Origin: Hyalangium minutum
GTDB taxonomy: Bacteria; Myxococcota; Myxococcia; Myxococcales; Myxococcaceae
Length of the DNA: 64,000 bases
Assembly: GCF_000737315.1 (NCBI RefSeq)
Contig: NZ_JMCB01000012.1
Location: 62,001-126,000, forward strand
Direction of reading: 5' to 3'
A model generated the notes under the pieces. The model had not been told where the DNA came from, ran no database searches, and saw nothing but the letters and a program-made list of their open reading frames with translations. A program made the position numbers and the translations under genes. Of the stretch, positions 51,001 through 61,016 are shown in pieces (within the stretch, counting starts at the first letter, position 1; each line of letters starts with the position of its first letter).

Positions 51001-53971
51001 GCTGACGCTCACGGGCGGAACCACCTACTACCCTTCGATCCGGGCCTACGACCGCGCTGGCAACTTCACCACGCTCACCGGCAACGGCTGGCTCGTCGAC
51101 ACGACTGCGCCCCAGGCTCCCACGGGGCTCAACGATGGAACCGCCACCTCCGCGGCATCCGCATCTCCCATCGCCTCCTGGACGGCGAGCACCGACGTGG
51201 GGAGCGGCATTGCCCGCTACGAGCTGGCGATCGGCTCGAGCGCGGGCGGCACCGACCTCCTCAACTGGACGTCCGTTGGGAACGTCACCAGCGCCTCGCA
51301 GGCGGGCCTGACGCTGTCACCCGGAATGACCTACTACACGTCCGTTCGCGCGTCCGACCAGGCGGGCAACGTGAGCGCCGCCGCCCTGGGGGATGGCTGG
51401 ACGTACACCCTGCAGGGCCCCACCACGCTGGTCTTCATGCCCATGGACCATGCAGGCCCCACCACGACCGACAACTCGTCGGTGGACTTCGTGAACTTCG
51501 CGAACGCCGGAGTGCACCTCCGTCCCGTCCAGAACCCGTCCATCTCGACCGTCGCACCCAAGTACGGCGCGGGCAGCGGCGCCTTCCAGAATGGCTCTCT
51601 GCAGACCGGCAGCAGCACCGCCAACGTCATCGGGAACAGCGACTTCACCCTCGAGTTCTGGGTCAAGCACAGCTCCCTGGGGTTCTTCGGTTCCCCTGTC
51701 ATCTCCGGCAGCGGCTGGGACATCTCCCTGGGGAACACGGGCTACAACAACAGCGCGGACTTCGCCTACTACCCCACCCAGAACAGCGGCTACCGGCATT
51801 GGGGGGGAGACATCGGCTGGGGCGTGCTGCCGGCGAACACCTGGAATCACCTGTCGATCTCCCGCTCCGGCACGACCCTCTACACGCACCTCAATGGCGT
51901 GCTGAAGCAGACGGTGACCATCGCGGCGGGCGCACGGCTGGAAGGCACCGCCGCGGCCTCGACCCTCACGGTGGGCGGCCACCCCTCGTACATCGATGAT
52001 CTGCGGATCACCGTCGGCGGCGTGACGCACACCACCGCGAACTTCACGCCCACGCAGCTCACGCCCCTGCCGTTCCTCTACCTGCCAATGGATGGACCGG
52101 GGAGCGGAGAGCTTCCCACCGCGGATTTCCGGAACATGGTGCCCGGAGGTGTCTCGCTGTCCGCCTCGGGTGCGCCGCTCATCACCCCCGCGGCCAGTGC
52201 CTGCGGCGGCTGCGGAGACTTCACGGCGGGGACCCTGTCGACGCCCGTGTCCGCGGCGAACGCGCTCGGGACGCGCGACTTCACCCTCGAGTTCTGGGTC
52301 AAGCACAGCTCCCTGGATCCGGGGAACTCGCCGGTGCTCTCGGGAGGCAACGGCACCACCACCTTCTGGGACATCTCCCTGGGCAACACGGTGTTCAACG
52401 GCAACGCGAACTTCGCCTTCTATGCCACGCAGATGGGAGGCAACCGCGGCTGGGGAGGAGACATCAGCTGGGGAGTCCTGCCCCGCGACACCTGGACGCA
52501 CCTGTCCCTCACCCGCAAGGGCACGTCCCTGATCACTCACAAGAACGGCATCCTGGTGGAGACGGTGACAATCCTCGCCACCGACAGGATGGAGGGGCCG
52601 AACACCACGTCCGCCATCACGATCGGCGGATACCCGGCCTCTCTGGACGATGTGATGCTCACCGTGGGGGCGGCCCGGCACACCACCGCGAACTTCCCGG
52701 TGGCGCGAGTGCCCTCTACGCCTCGCCCTGTCACGGTGGAGCCGCATGTCCTTCTCCCGTTGGACGGAGCGAACGGCTCGACGGCCTTTCCGAACTTCGC
52801 CGCCAATGGCGTGACCTTCAGCGCGGTAGCGGCGCCAGCCATTACCACGGCGGCCGCCCGGTATGGGGGCGCGAGCGGCAACTTCCAGAGCGGCTCGCTG
52901 ACCACCGCCACCACCTCGGGCAACGTGATTGGCACCCGCGACTTCACGATCGAGTTCTGGGTGAACTTCTCCGCCCTCAGCGGTGCCTTCACTCCGGTGG
53001 TCGCCGGCAACGGATGGATGATCTCGCTGGGCAATACCAACTACAACAACTCAGCCACCTTCAATTTCGCCAACCAGAGTGACCCATGGGGAGGGCCCGT
53101 GGAGTGGGGCGTCCTGCCGCGCAACACGTGGACCCATCTGGCCGTCTCCCGCTTCCAGGACCGGCTCTACACGCACAAGAACGGGGTGCTCGTCTCGGTC
53201 ACCTCGATTGCGCCCACGGCGCACATGGAGGGAGGGGCCACCACCTCGGCGCTGCAGCTCGGGCAGAGCCCGTCGTACCTGGACGACGTGCAGATCACGA
53301 TCGGCAGCGCGAAGTACACGACGGCCAACTTCGGCGTCGCGCCCCAGCTCACCCGGCCGTTCATGCACTTCCCGATGGACGGCGCGAACCTGTCGGCGTC
53401 CTTCCCGAACCACGGGACGGGCCCAGCGGTGACCACCGTCGACTCGCCCACCCTCACCACTGCGGGAGCGCTGCACGGCGGAGCCTCCGCCAACTTCACG
53501 GCGGGCAGCCTCACCACCGCGGCGAGCTCGGGCTACCGGCTGGGGGCCCAGGACTTCACCATTGAGTTCTGGGTGAAGAACCCCGGGCTGGGGCTGACTG
53601 GCTCTCCCGTCATCTATGGCTCCGGCTGGGACATCTCGCTGGGGAACCGGGGCTACAACAACAACGCCGACTTCGCTTACTACCCCACCGAGAACAGCGG
53701 CTACCGGCACTGGGGGGGAGACATCGGCTGGGGCGTGCTGCCCCTGAACACCTGGGTCCACCTCTCCCTGAGCCGGACGGGCACGGGCTTGTACACGCAC
53801 AAGAATGGCGTGCTCGTCTCGACCCTGACGATTCCCGCCACCGCCGCGATGGAAGGCCCGAACGCCACGTCGACCCTCGTGATCGGCGGACACCCCAGCT
53901 ACGTGGATGACCTGCAAGTGACGATCGGCAAGGCGCGGCACACCCGCGCGAACTTCAACGTGTTCCCATGA
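48071..53971 (+). CDS. Kelch array gene 5: giant lipoprotein (stalk, 7 Kelch, Cys-rich, IPT/TIG-like, 2 FN3-like, 4 LamG-like)
   Basis: MKNGLSGLLLTLALALLMGC; four DFTxEFWV...WGVLP.NTW.HL...Y.DD..(I/L)T.G repeats at the C-terminus. Confidence 0.92.
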   Translation: MKNGLSGLLLTLALALLMGCPASSSGTGSVQLAVSVPQPLASSVSRVSVTFSAEDAPSFSVELLAANGSWRGFLSNLPAGNNRTFLAQAFDASGAKLFEGSASGVTLFADQTAWVAVTLQRVDAPPPFQNAAPFIDSLAASSTSVMADSALALVASAHDPNAGDTLSYAWTSTAGSFSSSTEATTAWTAPDSAGLQTLTLTVTDPGGLTSRLALTIHVLPSGGHGEAQFSILFNNAPEVMTLSAAPTRLTAGQATAVSASASDMDGDTLAYAWSASCEGTWSNASSRSAQFTPSLLPQASCNNCRLTVTVSDGRGGQTTGTVALCVSEPPAPQHFPPFFTSATRSSESATSGQVLTFDVSASDPQDSALSFSWSATLGTLGTPASTASSSRVTWTAPQCVSDGSAPVLTATVTNSFGLTATHRFTVPGLPACSMGWALAGSMSTPRGGHTATVLSSGKVLVAGGQNTQGSLTAAELYDPASRTWSTAASMTQRRYHATATRLNTGKVLVSGGIDGSTPLAAAELYDPASGSWSATAPMTSARYEHTATLLPDGRVLVSGGRNASGVLKTAEVYDPASGTWSTAGAMATPRYFHTAALLNTGKVLVAGGSSNGSTVLATAELYDPASGTWSDTAPMASPRWSHTAALLSSGKVLVTGGRYDASVLAAAELYEPASGSWSTAGTMASPHFSPAVAVLQNGKVLVSGGQNSSGHLAAVELYNPVAGTWSAAPAMNAPHNDHTATLLPNGQVLVAGGRNNSGFPTSAEAYGLSGRVDCATDAHCEAGFYCVASACVTKKADGETCTGANQCSGAQCMGGICCSTCQWLPPRLSSVSPAQAKAGTLVTLMGADFVPGITGRIGSTSCTSTVFVSSTSATCTVPTLTNGTYAITVTHPDGLSSTLAAALIYDSTPPAGGGTLNDGIASNSLTTSPTLTWTAFTDAGSGLDHYEYALGTTLGGTQARGWTVFTPNAGPSFTLTGLTLTGGTTYYPSIRAYDRAGNFTTLTGNGWLVDTTAPQAPTGLNDGTATSAASASPIASWTASTDVGSGIARYELAIGSSAGGTDLLNWTSVGNVTSASQAGLTLSPGMTYYTSVRASDQAGNVSAAALGDGWTYTLQGPTTLVFMPMDHAGPTTTDNSSVDFVNFANAGVHLRPVQNPSISTVAPKYGAGSGAFQNGSLQTGSSTANVIGNSDFTLEFWVKHSSLGFFGSPVISGSGWDISLGNTGYNNSADFAYYPTQNSGYRHWGGDIGWGVLPANTWNHLSISRSGTTLYTHLNGVLKQTVTIAAGARLEGTAAASTLTVGGHPSYIDDLRITVGGVTHTTANFTPTQLTPLPFLYLPMDGPGSGELPTADFRNMVPGGVSLSASGAPLITPAASACGGCGDFTAGTLSTPVSAANALGTRDFTLEFWVKHSSLDPGNSPVLSGGNGTTTFWDISLGNTVFNGNANFAFYATQMGGNRGWGGDISWGVLPRDTWTHLSLTRKGTSLITHKNGILVETVTILATDRMEGPNTTSAITIGGYPASLDDVMLTVGAARHTTANFPVARVPSTPRPVTVEPHVLLPLDGANGSTAFPNFAANGVTFSAVAAPAITTAAARYGGASGNFQSGSLTTATTSGNVIGTRDFTIEFWVNFSALSGAFTPVVAGNGWMISLGNTNYNNSATFNFANQSDPWGGPVEWGVLPRNTWTHLAVSRFQDRLYTHKNGVLVSVTSIAPTAHMEGGATTSALQLGQSPSYLDDVQITIGSAKYTTANFGVAPQLTRPFMHFPMDGANLSASFPNHGTGPAVTTVDSPTLTTAGALHGGASANFTAGSLTTAASSGYRLGAQDFTIEFWVKNPGLGLTGSPVIYGSGWDISLGNRGYNNNADFAYYPTENSGYRHWGGDIGWGVLPLNTWVHLSLSRTGTGLYTHKNGVLVSTLTIPATAAMEGPNATSTLVIGGHPSYVDDLQVTIGKARHTRANFNVFP

Positions 53972-56289
53972 CCATGCCCCATCCCTCTCACTGTTTCCGC
54001 TCCCCTTCTTCCCACTTGCTGCTGGCGCTGACGCTGGCACTGCTCACGAGCTGCTCGCCCCCTTCGGAGATCGGCTCGGCTCAGTTTGTCGTCTCGGTGC
54101 CTCAAGCCCTCTCCGCCTCCATCTCCCGCGTCTCGGTCACAGCCAGCGCCGCCGACTTCCCCTCCTTCTCGGTGGATCTGGCTTCCTCCAATGGCTCCTG
54201 GGGCGGACTGCTGGGCAACCTCGCCGCGGGCTCCAACCGTTCCTTCCTCGCGCAGGCCTTCGATGCCTCCGGCACCAAGCTCTACGAGGGCTCCGCCTCG
54301 GGCGTCTCCATCGCCGCGGACCAGACCGCGCTGGTCGCCATCACCCTCCAGCAGGTCAATGCGCCGCCTCCCTTCCAGAACGCGGCGCCCGTCATCGACT
54401 CGCTGACGGCCTCCTCCACCTCCGTGGCCGCAGGCGGCTCCCTCTCTCTTCAGGCCTCCGCGCATGATCCGAACGCGGGCGACACGCTCTCCTACGCCTG
54501 GTCCTCCACCTCCGGCTCCTTCTCCTCGGCTTCCGCAGCTTCCACCTCGTGGATCGCTCCGGCCTCTTCCGGCACTCAGACCCTCACCTTCACCGCCACG
54601 GACTCCCGAGGCCTTGCCTCTCGCGTCTCTCTGACCATTAACGTCACCCCGAGCGGGGGGCACGGGGACGCTCAGATCTCCATCTCCTTCAACACCTCTC
54701 CCGTCGTCGCCTCCATCAGCGCCACCGCTTCTCAGCTGGCTGTGGGACAAAGCACCTCCGCCTCCGCCTCCGCCTCGGACTCGGACGGCGACAGCCTCTC
54801 CTACTCCTGGAGTGCCTCCTGTGCAGGCACCTGGACCAACGCCTCCTCCAGCTCCGCCCAGTTCACTCCCTCCGCTGTGCCCACGGGCTCCTGTAACAAC
54901 TGCGACCTCACCGTCTCTGTCTCTGACGGCCGCGGCGGGCAGACCACCGGCACCCTCGCCCTGTGCGTCTCCCCTCCTTCCTCCAGCCACGTCAGTCCCG
55001 TTATCACCTCCTTCTATCGCTCCTCGAACACCGCCACGCCCGGCCAGGTGCTCACCTTTGATGTGAGCGCCAGCGACCCCGAGGGCTCCGCGCTCTCCTT
55101 CTCCTGGACGGCCACCTCCGGCTCGCTGGGTACCCCCGCCCACACGGCCTCCTCCAGCCGCATCACCTGGACAGCGCCCTCCTGTGCCTCTTCCCTCTCG
55201 CCCCCGAGCATCACCGCCACCGTCACCAATGCCTTCAACCTGACGGCCGCGAAGAGCTTCACCGTCACGGGGCTACCGTCCTGTGGGTGGACCTCGACGG
55301 GCTTCATGACCGAGGGGCGCTCTGGGCACGCATCCACCCTGCTCCTCTCTGGCAAGGTGCTCGTCACGGGCGGAGCCATTGTCCTCGCCGGAAGGGCCAC
55401 GGCGGAGGTGTACGACCCGGACGCGGGCACCTGGAGCACCACGCGTTCCATGATCTCCGCCCGCTTTGTCCACACGGCGACGCTGCTGCCCAATGGCAAA
55501 GTGCTCGTCGCGGGGGGATACGACCGGGGCTACATGGCGACGGCAGAGGTGTACGACCCGGCCACGGGCACCTGGAGCGCGACGGGCTCCATGGCCACGC
55601 CTCGTGGCTACCACACGGCGACGCTGCTTCCGAACGGCAAGGTGCTCGTCGCGGGGGGATGGTTCACAGGCCCAGGCCCCCTCACGTCGGTGGAGGTGTA
55701 CGACCCCGCCTCGGGCACCTGGAGCACTGTCGCCTCGATGCCCTCCGCCCACGGCGAGCACACGGCGACCCTGCTGAACAACGGCAATCTCCTGGTCGCT
55801 GGCGGACACCTCGATGGGCATCGGAGCAACGCCCACGCGGCGGTGGAGGTGTACGACCCGGCTGCGAACTCCTGGAGCACGACCGCTCCCATGACTTCGC
55901 GACGTGGGGGCCACGCGGCGGCGCTTCTGGCCAACGGCAAGGTCCTCGTCACAGGGGGAACCCACGGTGGCAGCGCTCTGGCGGCGGCGGAGGTGTACGA
56001 CCCGGCCTCAGGCACCTGGAGCGCTGCGGGCTCCATGCTCTCCTCGCGTGACATGCACAAAGCGACGCGGCTGCCCAACGGCCAGATTCTCGTCACAGGG
56101 GGCCAAAACGGGAGCTATCTCGCGACAGCGGAGCTGTTTGACCCGGCTTCAGGCTCCTGGAGTGCAGCCCCCCTCATGGCTTCCACTCGCCGCGAGCACA
56201 CCGCGACGCTGCTGAACAACGGCAAGGTGCTCATCTCCGGCGGATACAACGGCGGCTATCTCACGGCGGCGGAGCTGTACACGCCCTGA
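53968..56289 (+). CDS. Kelch array gene 6: stalk plus 7 Kelch repeats
   Basis: ATGA overlap with gene 5; lipobox LTSC. Confidence 0.93.
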   Translation: MTMPHPSHCFRSPSSHLLLALTLALLTSCSPPSEIGSAQFVVSVPQALSASISRVSVTASAADFPSFSVDLASSNGSWGGLLGNLAAGSNRSFLAQAFDASGTKLYEGSASGVSIAADQTALVAITLQQVNAPPPFQNAAPVIDSLTASSTSVAAGGSLSLQASAHDPNAGDTLSYAWSSTSGSFSSASAASTSWIAPASSGTQTLTFTATDSRGLASRVSLTINVTPSGGHGDAQISISFNTSPVVASISATASQLAVGQSTSASASASDSDGDSLSYSWSASCAGTWTNASSSSAQFTPSAVPTGSCNNCDLTVSVSDGRGGQTTGTLALCVSPPSSSHVSPVITSFYRSSNTATPGQVLTFDVSASDPEGSALSFSWTATSGSLGTPAHTASSSRITWTAPSCASSLSPPSITATVTNAFNLTAAKSFTVTGLPSCGWTSTGFMTEGRSGHASTLLLSGKVLVTGGAIVLAGRATAEVYDPDAGTWSTTRSMISARFVHTATLLPNGKVLVAGGYDRGYMATAEVYDPATGTWSATGSMATPRGYHTATLLPNGKVLVAGGWFTGPGPLTSVEVYDPASGTWSTVASMPSAHGEHTATLLNNGNLLVAGGHLDGHRSNAHAAVEVYDPAANSWSTTAPMTSRRGGHAAALLANGKVLVTGGTHGGSALAAAEVYDPASGTWSAAGSMLSSRDMHKATRLPNGQILVTGGQNGSYLATAELFDPASGSWSAAPLMASTRREHTATLLNNGKVLISGGYNGGYLTAAELYTP

Positions 56290-56348
56290 GCCCCGCGAGT
56301 CATTGAACCTCATCCCCCACACTCCGTCTCCCATCTGAAGGCACAGCC

Positions 56349-58622
56349 ATGCCCATCCACCCACGGCGCTCCTGTCTGGCAGGAGCGCTGCTGCTCTCCG
56401 TCTTTGCCTGCACCCCCTCTCAGCCCACGGGCTCCGTTCAGTTCGCGGCCTCTACCCAGCAGGCGCTCTCCGCCAGTGACGTCACCCGCGTCAAGGTGAC
56501 GGTCTCTGCTTCGGACATGTCCTCTCTCGTCGTCGACATGGCCCAAACAAACGGCTCCTGGGGCGGCCTCATCGGCAACATTCCCGCGGGCACCCACCGC
56601 TCGTTCCTCGCAGAGGCCTTTGACACCTCGGGCACCCTGCGCTTCCAGGGCTCCACCTCCGCCGTCACCATCACCGCCAACCAGACCACCGCTGTCGCTC
56701 TCACGCTTCAGGAGCTGGCTCTCCCTCCGCCCTACTCCAATGAGGCGCCGATCATCGACTCCCTCGTCGCCTCCTCGACTTCTGTCCAGGCCGGTGGCTC
56801 TCTTTCCCTCACCGCCACGCTTCATGATCCCAACGCTGGGGACACCCTCACCCTGGCGTGGACGACCTCCGGCGGCACCTTCTCCGCGCCCGCCGCCGCC
56901 ACCACTTCCTGGACGGCCCCGGCCTCCCCCGGCCTCCAAACCTTCACCTTCACCGTGACGGACTCTCAGGGGGCAGCCGTCTCCGTTTCTCTGACTGTCA
57001 ACGTCGTCTCCGGTGCCTCCACCGGCAATGCGGCCCTCAACGTCTCCTTCAACCTGTGGCCGGTGGTCTCCAAGGTCTCTGCCTCTCTCAACCGCCTGGA
57101 TGCGGGACAGTCCACCACCGTCTCCGCGCTGGCCTCGGATACGGATGGCGATGCGCTCTCCTATCAGTGGACGGCCTCCTGCCCGGGAACCTGGACGAAT
57201 GCGACCTCGAGTGCCGCATCCTTCGTCCCCTCCTCCGTGCCAGCAGGCGCCTGCAACAACTGCCGGCTCACCGTCACCGTTCAAGACGGCCGAGGAGGAC
57301 AGACCACCGGCTCGCTCAACCTCTGTGTCGCCTCTTCCTCCACCGAGCACTTCCTTCCCACTTTCACCCACTTCTATCAGTCCGCCCCCTCCGCCTCTCC
57401 AGGCCAGACGGTCTCCTTTGGCGTCACCGCCATGGACTCCCAGGCCAGTTCCCTGACGTTCACCTGGACGGCCAACACCGGCTCGCTGGCCGTAGCGCAG
57501 AACACCGCCAGCACCAGCCAGGTCCATTGGACGGCCCCTGCCTGCGCGGTGACGGGTGTTCCTCCCACCGTCACTGCCACCGTCACCAATGCCTTTGGCC
57601 TCTCGGCCACCATCCCCTTCTCTCCCCCAGGCCTGCCGACGTGCACGCCCGGCTGGGCCACCACGGGCGCCCTGGCCGCAGCCCGCTCGGGCTCCACAGC
57701 CACTCTGCTCCCTTCTGGCAAGGTGCTCATCACGGGGGGCTACAACGGTGGCGCCCTCGCGACGGCAGAACTGTACGACCCGGGCTCGGGCACCTGGAGC
57801 ACCCTCAGCCCCATGATTTCGCCTCGCGGGTCCCACACGGCGACGCTGCTCCCCAATGGCAAGGTCCTCGTCGCGGGGGGCAACAACGGTGACGCCATCG
57901 CGGCGGCCGAAGTGTATGACCCGGCTTCGAATACCTGGAGCGCGACCGCCCCCATGCTCTCGCGTCGCGATGGCCCCTCGGCGACGCTGCTGGCCAATGG
58001 CAAGGTGCTCGTCGCAGGGGGATGGATTCGAAGCCCTCTCGCATCGGCGGAGGTGTACGACCCGGCCTCGGGCACCTGGAGCGCGGTCGGCTCCATGAGC
58101 TCACCCCACTGGGCCCACAAGGCGACGCTGCTGCCCAACGGCAAGGTGCTCGTCACGGGGGGTTCCCTCAGTGGGAATATGAACGCCAGCGACGCGGCGG
58201 CGGACGTGTACGACCCGGCCACGGGCACCTGGAGCGCGACCGCCTCGATGACCTCGCCCCGTATCGGCCACACGGCGACGCTGTTGACCAACGGCAAGGT
58301 GCTCGTCACGGGGGGATACGGCGGCACCTACTTCGCGACGGCAGAGGTATATGACCCGGCCGCTGGCACCTGGAGCGCCACGGCCTCCATGGCCTCACCT
58401 CACGTCTGGCACACGGCGACGCTGCTGACCAACAGCAAGGTGCTCATCGCGGGGGGCTCGACGGCGGAGGTGTACGACCCGGCCACGGGCACCTGGAGCG
58501 CCGCAGGCTCTCTGGCCTCAGCTCGCGAGTCCCACACGGCCACGCTGCTGACCAACGGCAAGGTGCTCGTCTCCGGAGGAGCCACCCATGGCTCCCTTGC
58601 GGCGGAGCTGTACACGCCCTGA
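56349..58622 (+). CDS. Kelch array gene 7: stalk (type B) plus 7 Kelch repeats
   Basis: MPIHPRRSCLAGALLLSVFAC. Confidence 0.93.
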   Translation: MPIHPRRSCLAGALLLSVFACTPSQPTGSVQFAASTQQALSASDVTRVKVTVSASDMSSLVVDMAQTNGSWGGLIGNIPAGTHRSFLAEAFDTSGTLRFQGSTSAVTITANQTTAVALTLQELALPPPYSNEAPIIDSLVASSTSVQAGGSLSLTATLHDPNAGDTLTLAWTTSGGTFSAPAAATTSWTAPASPGLQTFTFTVTDSQGAAVSVSLTVNVVSGASTGNAALNVSFNLWPVVSKVSASLNRLDAGQSTTVSALASDTDGDALSYQWTASCPGTWTNATSSAASFVPSSVPAGACNNCRLTVTVQDGRGGQTTGSLNLCVASSSTEHFLPTFTHFYQSAPSASPGQTVSFGVTAMDSQASSLTFTWTANTGSLAVAQNTASTSQVHWTAPACAVTGVPPTVTATVTNAFGLSATIPFSPPGLPTCTPGWATTGALAAARSGSTATLLPSGKVLITGGYNGGALATAELYDPGSGTWSTLSPMISPRGSHTATLLPNGKVLVAGGNNGDAIAAAEVYDPASNTWSATAPMLSRRDGPSATLLANGKVLVAGGWIRSPLASAEVYDPASGTWSAVGSMSSPHWAHKATLLPNGKVLVTGGSLSGNMNASDAAADVYDPATGTWSATASMTSPRIGHTATLLTNGKVLVTGGYGGTYFATAEVYDPAAGTWSATASMASPHVWHTATLLTNSKVLIAGGSTAEVYDPATGTWSAAGSLASARESHTATLLTNGKVLVSGGATHGSLAAELYTP

Positions 58623-58662
58623 GCCCTGCATGTCATCGGGCTCCATTTCTAAAGGACACGTC

Positions 58663-60963
58663 TTGCCCATCCACCCCCGTTTCTCCTGTCTCGTCACAGT
58701 GCTGCTGCTTGCTCTCTCCGCCTGCACCGAGCAGCCCACGGGCTCCGTCCAGTTCGCGGTCTCGGTGCCCCAGGCCCTCTCTGCCAGCGACGTCACCCGC
58801 GTCCAGGTGACCGTCTCCGCCTCGGACATGTCCTCGCTCGTGGTGGAGCTGGCCAAGACCCACGGCACCTGGGGCGGGCTCGTCGGCAACATCCCCGCGG
58901 GCGTCAACCGCGCCTTCCTGGCCGAGGCCTTCGACGCCTCTGGCGCCCTGCGCTTCCGGGGCTCCACCTCCGCCGTCACCATCAATGCCGACCAGACCCT
59001 CGCTGTGGCCCTCACCCTTCAGGAGCTGGCGCCCGCGCCTCCCTTCTCCAACGAAGCGCCCATCATCGACTCACTGGTGGCCTCTTCGACTTCCGTCCAG
59101 GCGGGCGCTTCTGTCTCCCTGACCACGACGGTGCATGATCCCAATGCGGGCGACACCCTCGCCCTGGCGTGGACCGCCACAGGCGGCACTTTCTCCGCGC
59201 CCACGGCCGCCACCACCACCTGGACGGCTCCAGCCTCGCTCGGCGTGCAGACCCTCACCTTCACCGTGACGGATTCTCAACGCGTGGCGGTCTCCGTCTC
59301 CCTGGCCGTCAACGTCGTCCCGGGTACTTCCACCGGCAGCGCGGCCATCAACGTCTCCTTCAACCTCTGGCCCGTCATCTCCCAGGTCTCCGCATCGCCC
59401 AGCCGCCTCGATGCCGGGCAGTCCACCACCGTCTCCGCCCAGATCTCCGATGCGGATGGCGACGCGCTCACCTACCAGTGGACCGCCTCCTGCCCCGGCA
59501 CATGGACGAATGCGGCCTCGAGTACCGCTTCCTTCGTTCCTTCCTCCGTCCCGGCGAGCGCCTGTAACAACTGCCGCCTCACGGTCACCGTCCAGGACGG
59601 GCGCGGCGGGCAGACGACCGGCGACCTCAACCTCTGCATCACCACCTCCTCCACCGAGCGCTTCCCTCCCAACATCATCAACTCCTTCCAATCCGCCGCC
59701 TCCGCCGCTCCTGGGGAGACAGTCTCCTTTGACGTCACCGCCATGGACGCTCAGGCCAGCTCGCTGACGTTTGCCTGGACAGCCAGCATCGGCGTGCTGG
59801 GGACGCCTGCCACCGACGCCTCCACCAGCCACATCACCTGGACGGCGCCCTCCTGTGTTCCCTCGGGGGCGACGCCCACTGTCATGGTCACCGTCACCAA
59901 CGCCTTCAACTTGACGGCCACCCGGAGCTTCACAGTGACGGGGCCGCCGGTCTGTACCGTGGGCTGGGCCTCGGCGGCCTCCATGGCCACGACTCGCCGC
60001 GAGCACACGGCGACGCTGCTGCCCAACGGCAAGGTCCTCGTCGCGGGAGGGTACAACGGTGGCCACTTGGCGACGGCGGCGCTGTACGACCCAGCCACAG
60101 GCACCTGGAGCACGACCGGCTCCATGATCATTCCTCGGAGCCTCCACGTGGCGGTCCTGCTGAACAACGGCAAGGTGTTCATCGTGGGAGGCACCAACGG
60201 GAGCCCTCTCCTGTCAGCGGAGGTGTACGACCCGGCCACGGGCACCTGGAGCGCAGCGGGGGTCATGAGCGCGGGGCGCTGGTTTCACACGGCCACGCTG
60301 CTGCCCACTGGCAAGGTCCTCGTCGCGGGCGGACACAACTACAACAACGGCTACCTGCCGACGGCAGAGCTGTACGATCCGGCCTCGAACACCTGGAGTA
60401 CGACGGCTTCCATGACCGTGGGGCGCCACCGCCACACGGCGACGTTACTGCCCAACGGCAAGGTGCTCGTCGCTGGAGGCTCCGACACCTTCTATCACGC
60501 GACGGCAATGGTGTATGACCCGGCCACGGGCACCTGGAGCGCCACGGGTTCCATGGCCTCTCCCCGACAGATACACACGGCGACGCTGCTGCCCAACGGC
60601 AAGGTCCTCGTTGCCGGAGGGCAGAACGGCAGCACCAGCTATCTGGCGACAGCCACGGTGTACGATCCGGCCACAGGCACGTGGAGCACGACGGGCGCCA
60701 TGGCCACCACCCGCCAATACCATACGGCAATCCTGCTGAGCAACGGCAAGGTGCTCGTCGCGGGCGGACAAGGCAGCAGCGATGCCCTCTCCAGTGCAGA
60801 GCTGTACGACTCCGCCACCGGCACCTGGAGCTCCGCAGGCTCGATGCCCTCCGCTCGCCAGCTTCATGCGGCGACGCTGCTGCCCAACAACAAGGTGTTC
60901 GTCACGGGTGGCTACAGCGCCAGCAGCAGTTATCTCGCGGGGACGGCGCTGTACTCGCCGTGA
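58663..60963 (+). CDS. Kelch array gene 8: stalk (type B) plus 7 Kelch repeats
   Basis: TTG start inferred from AAAGGA RBS and homology to gene 7 (PIHPR); lipobox LSAC. Confidence 0.9.
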   Translation: MPIHPRFSCLVTVLLLALSACTEQPTGSVQFAVSVPQALSASDVTRVQVTVSASDMSSLVVELAKTHGTWGGLVGNIPAGVNRAFLAEAFDASGALRFRGSTSAVTINADQTLAVALTLQELAPAPPFSNEAPIIDSLVASSTSVQAGASVSLTTTVHDPNAGDTLALAWTATGGTFSAPTAATTTWTAPASLGVQTLTFTVTDSQRVAVSVSLAVNVVPGTSTGSAAINVSFNLWPVISQVSASPSRLDAGQSTTVSAQISDADGDALTYQWTASCPGTWTNAASSTASFVPSSVPASACNNCRLTVTVQDGRGGQTTGDLNLCITTSSTERFPPNIINSFQSAASAAPGETVSFDVTAMDAQASSLTFAWTASIGVLGTPATDASTSHITWTAPSCVPSGATPTVMVTVTNAFNLTATRSFTVTGPPVCTVGWASAASMATTRREHTATLLPNGKVLVAGGYNGGHLATAALYDPATGTWSTTGSMIIPRSLHVAVLLNNGKVFIVGGTNGSPLLSAEVYDPATGTWSAAGVMSAGRWFHTATLLPTGKVLVAGGHNYNNGYLPTAELYDPASNTWSTTASMTVGRHRHTATLLPNGKVLVAGGSDTFYHATAMVYDPATGTWSATGSMASPRQIHTATLLPNGKVLVAGGQNGSTSYLATATVYDPATGTWSTTGAMATTRQYHTAILLSNGKVLVAGGQGSSDALSSAELYDSATGTWSSAGSMPSARQLHAATLLPNNKVFVTGGYSASSSYLAGTALYSP

Positions 60964-61016
60964 GCCCCCGAGTCCTCCGGTTCATTGACAGATTCATCCA
61001 CCTCAAGGATTGCCAC

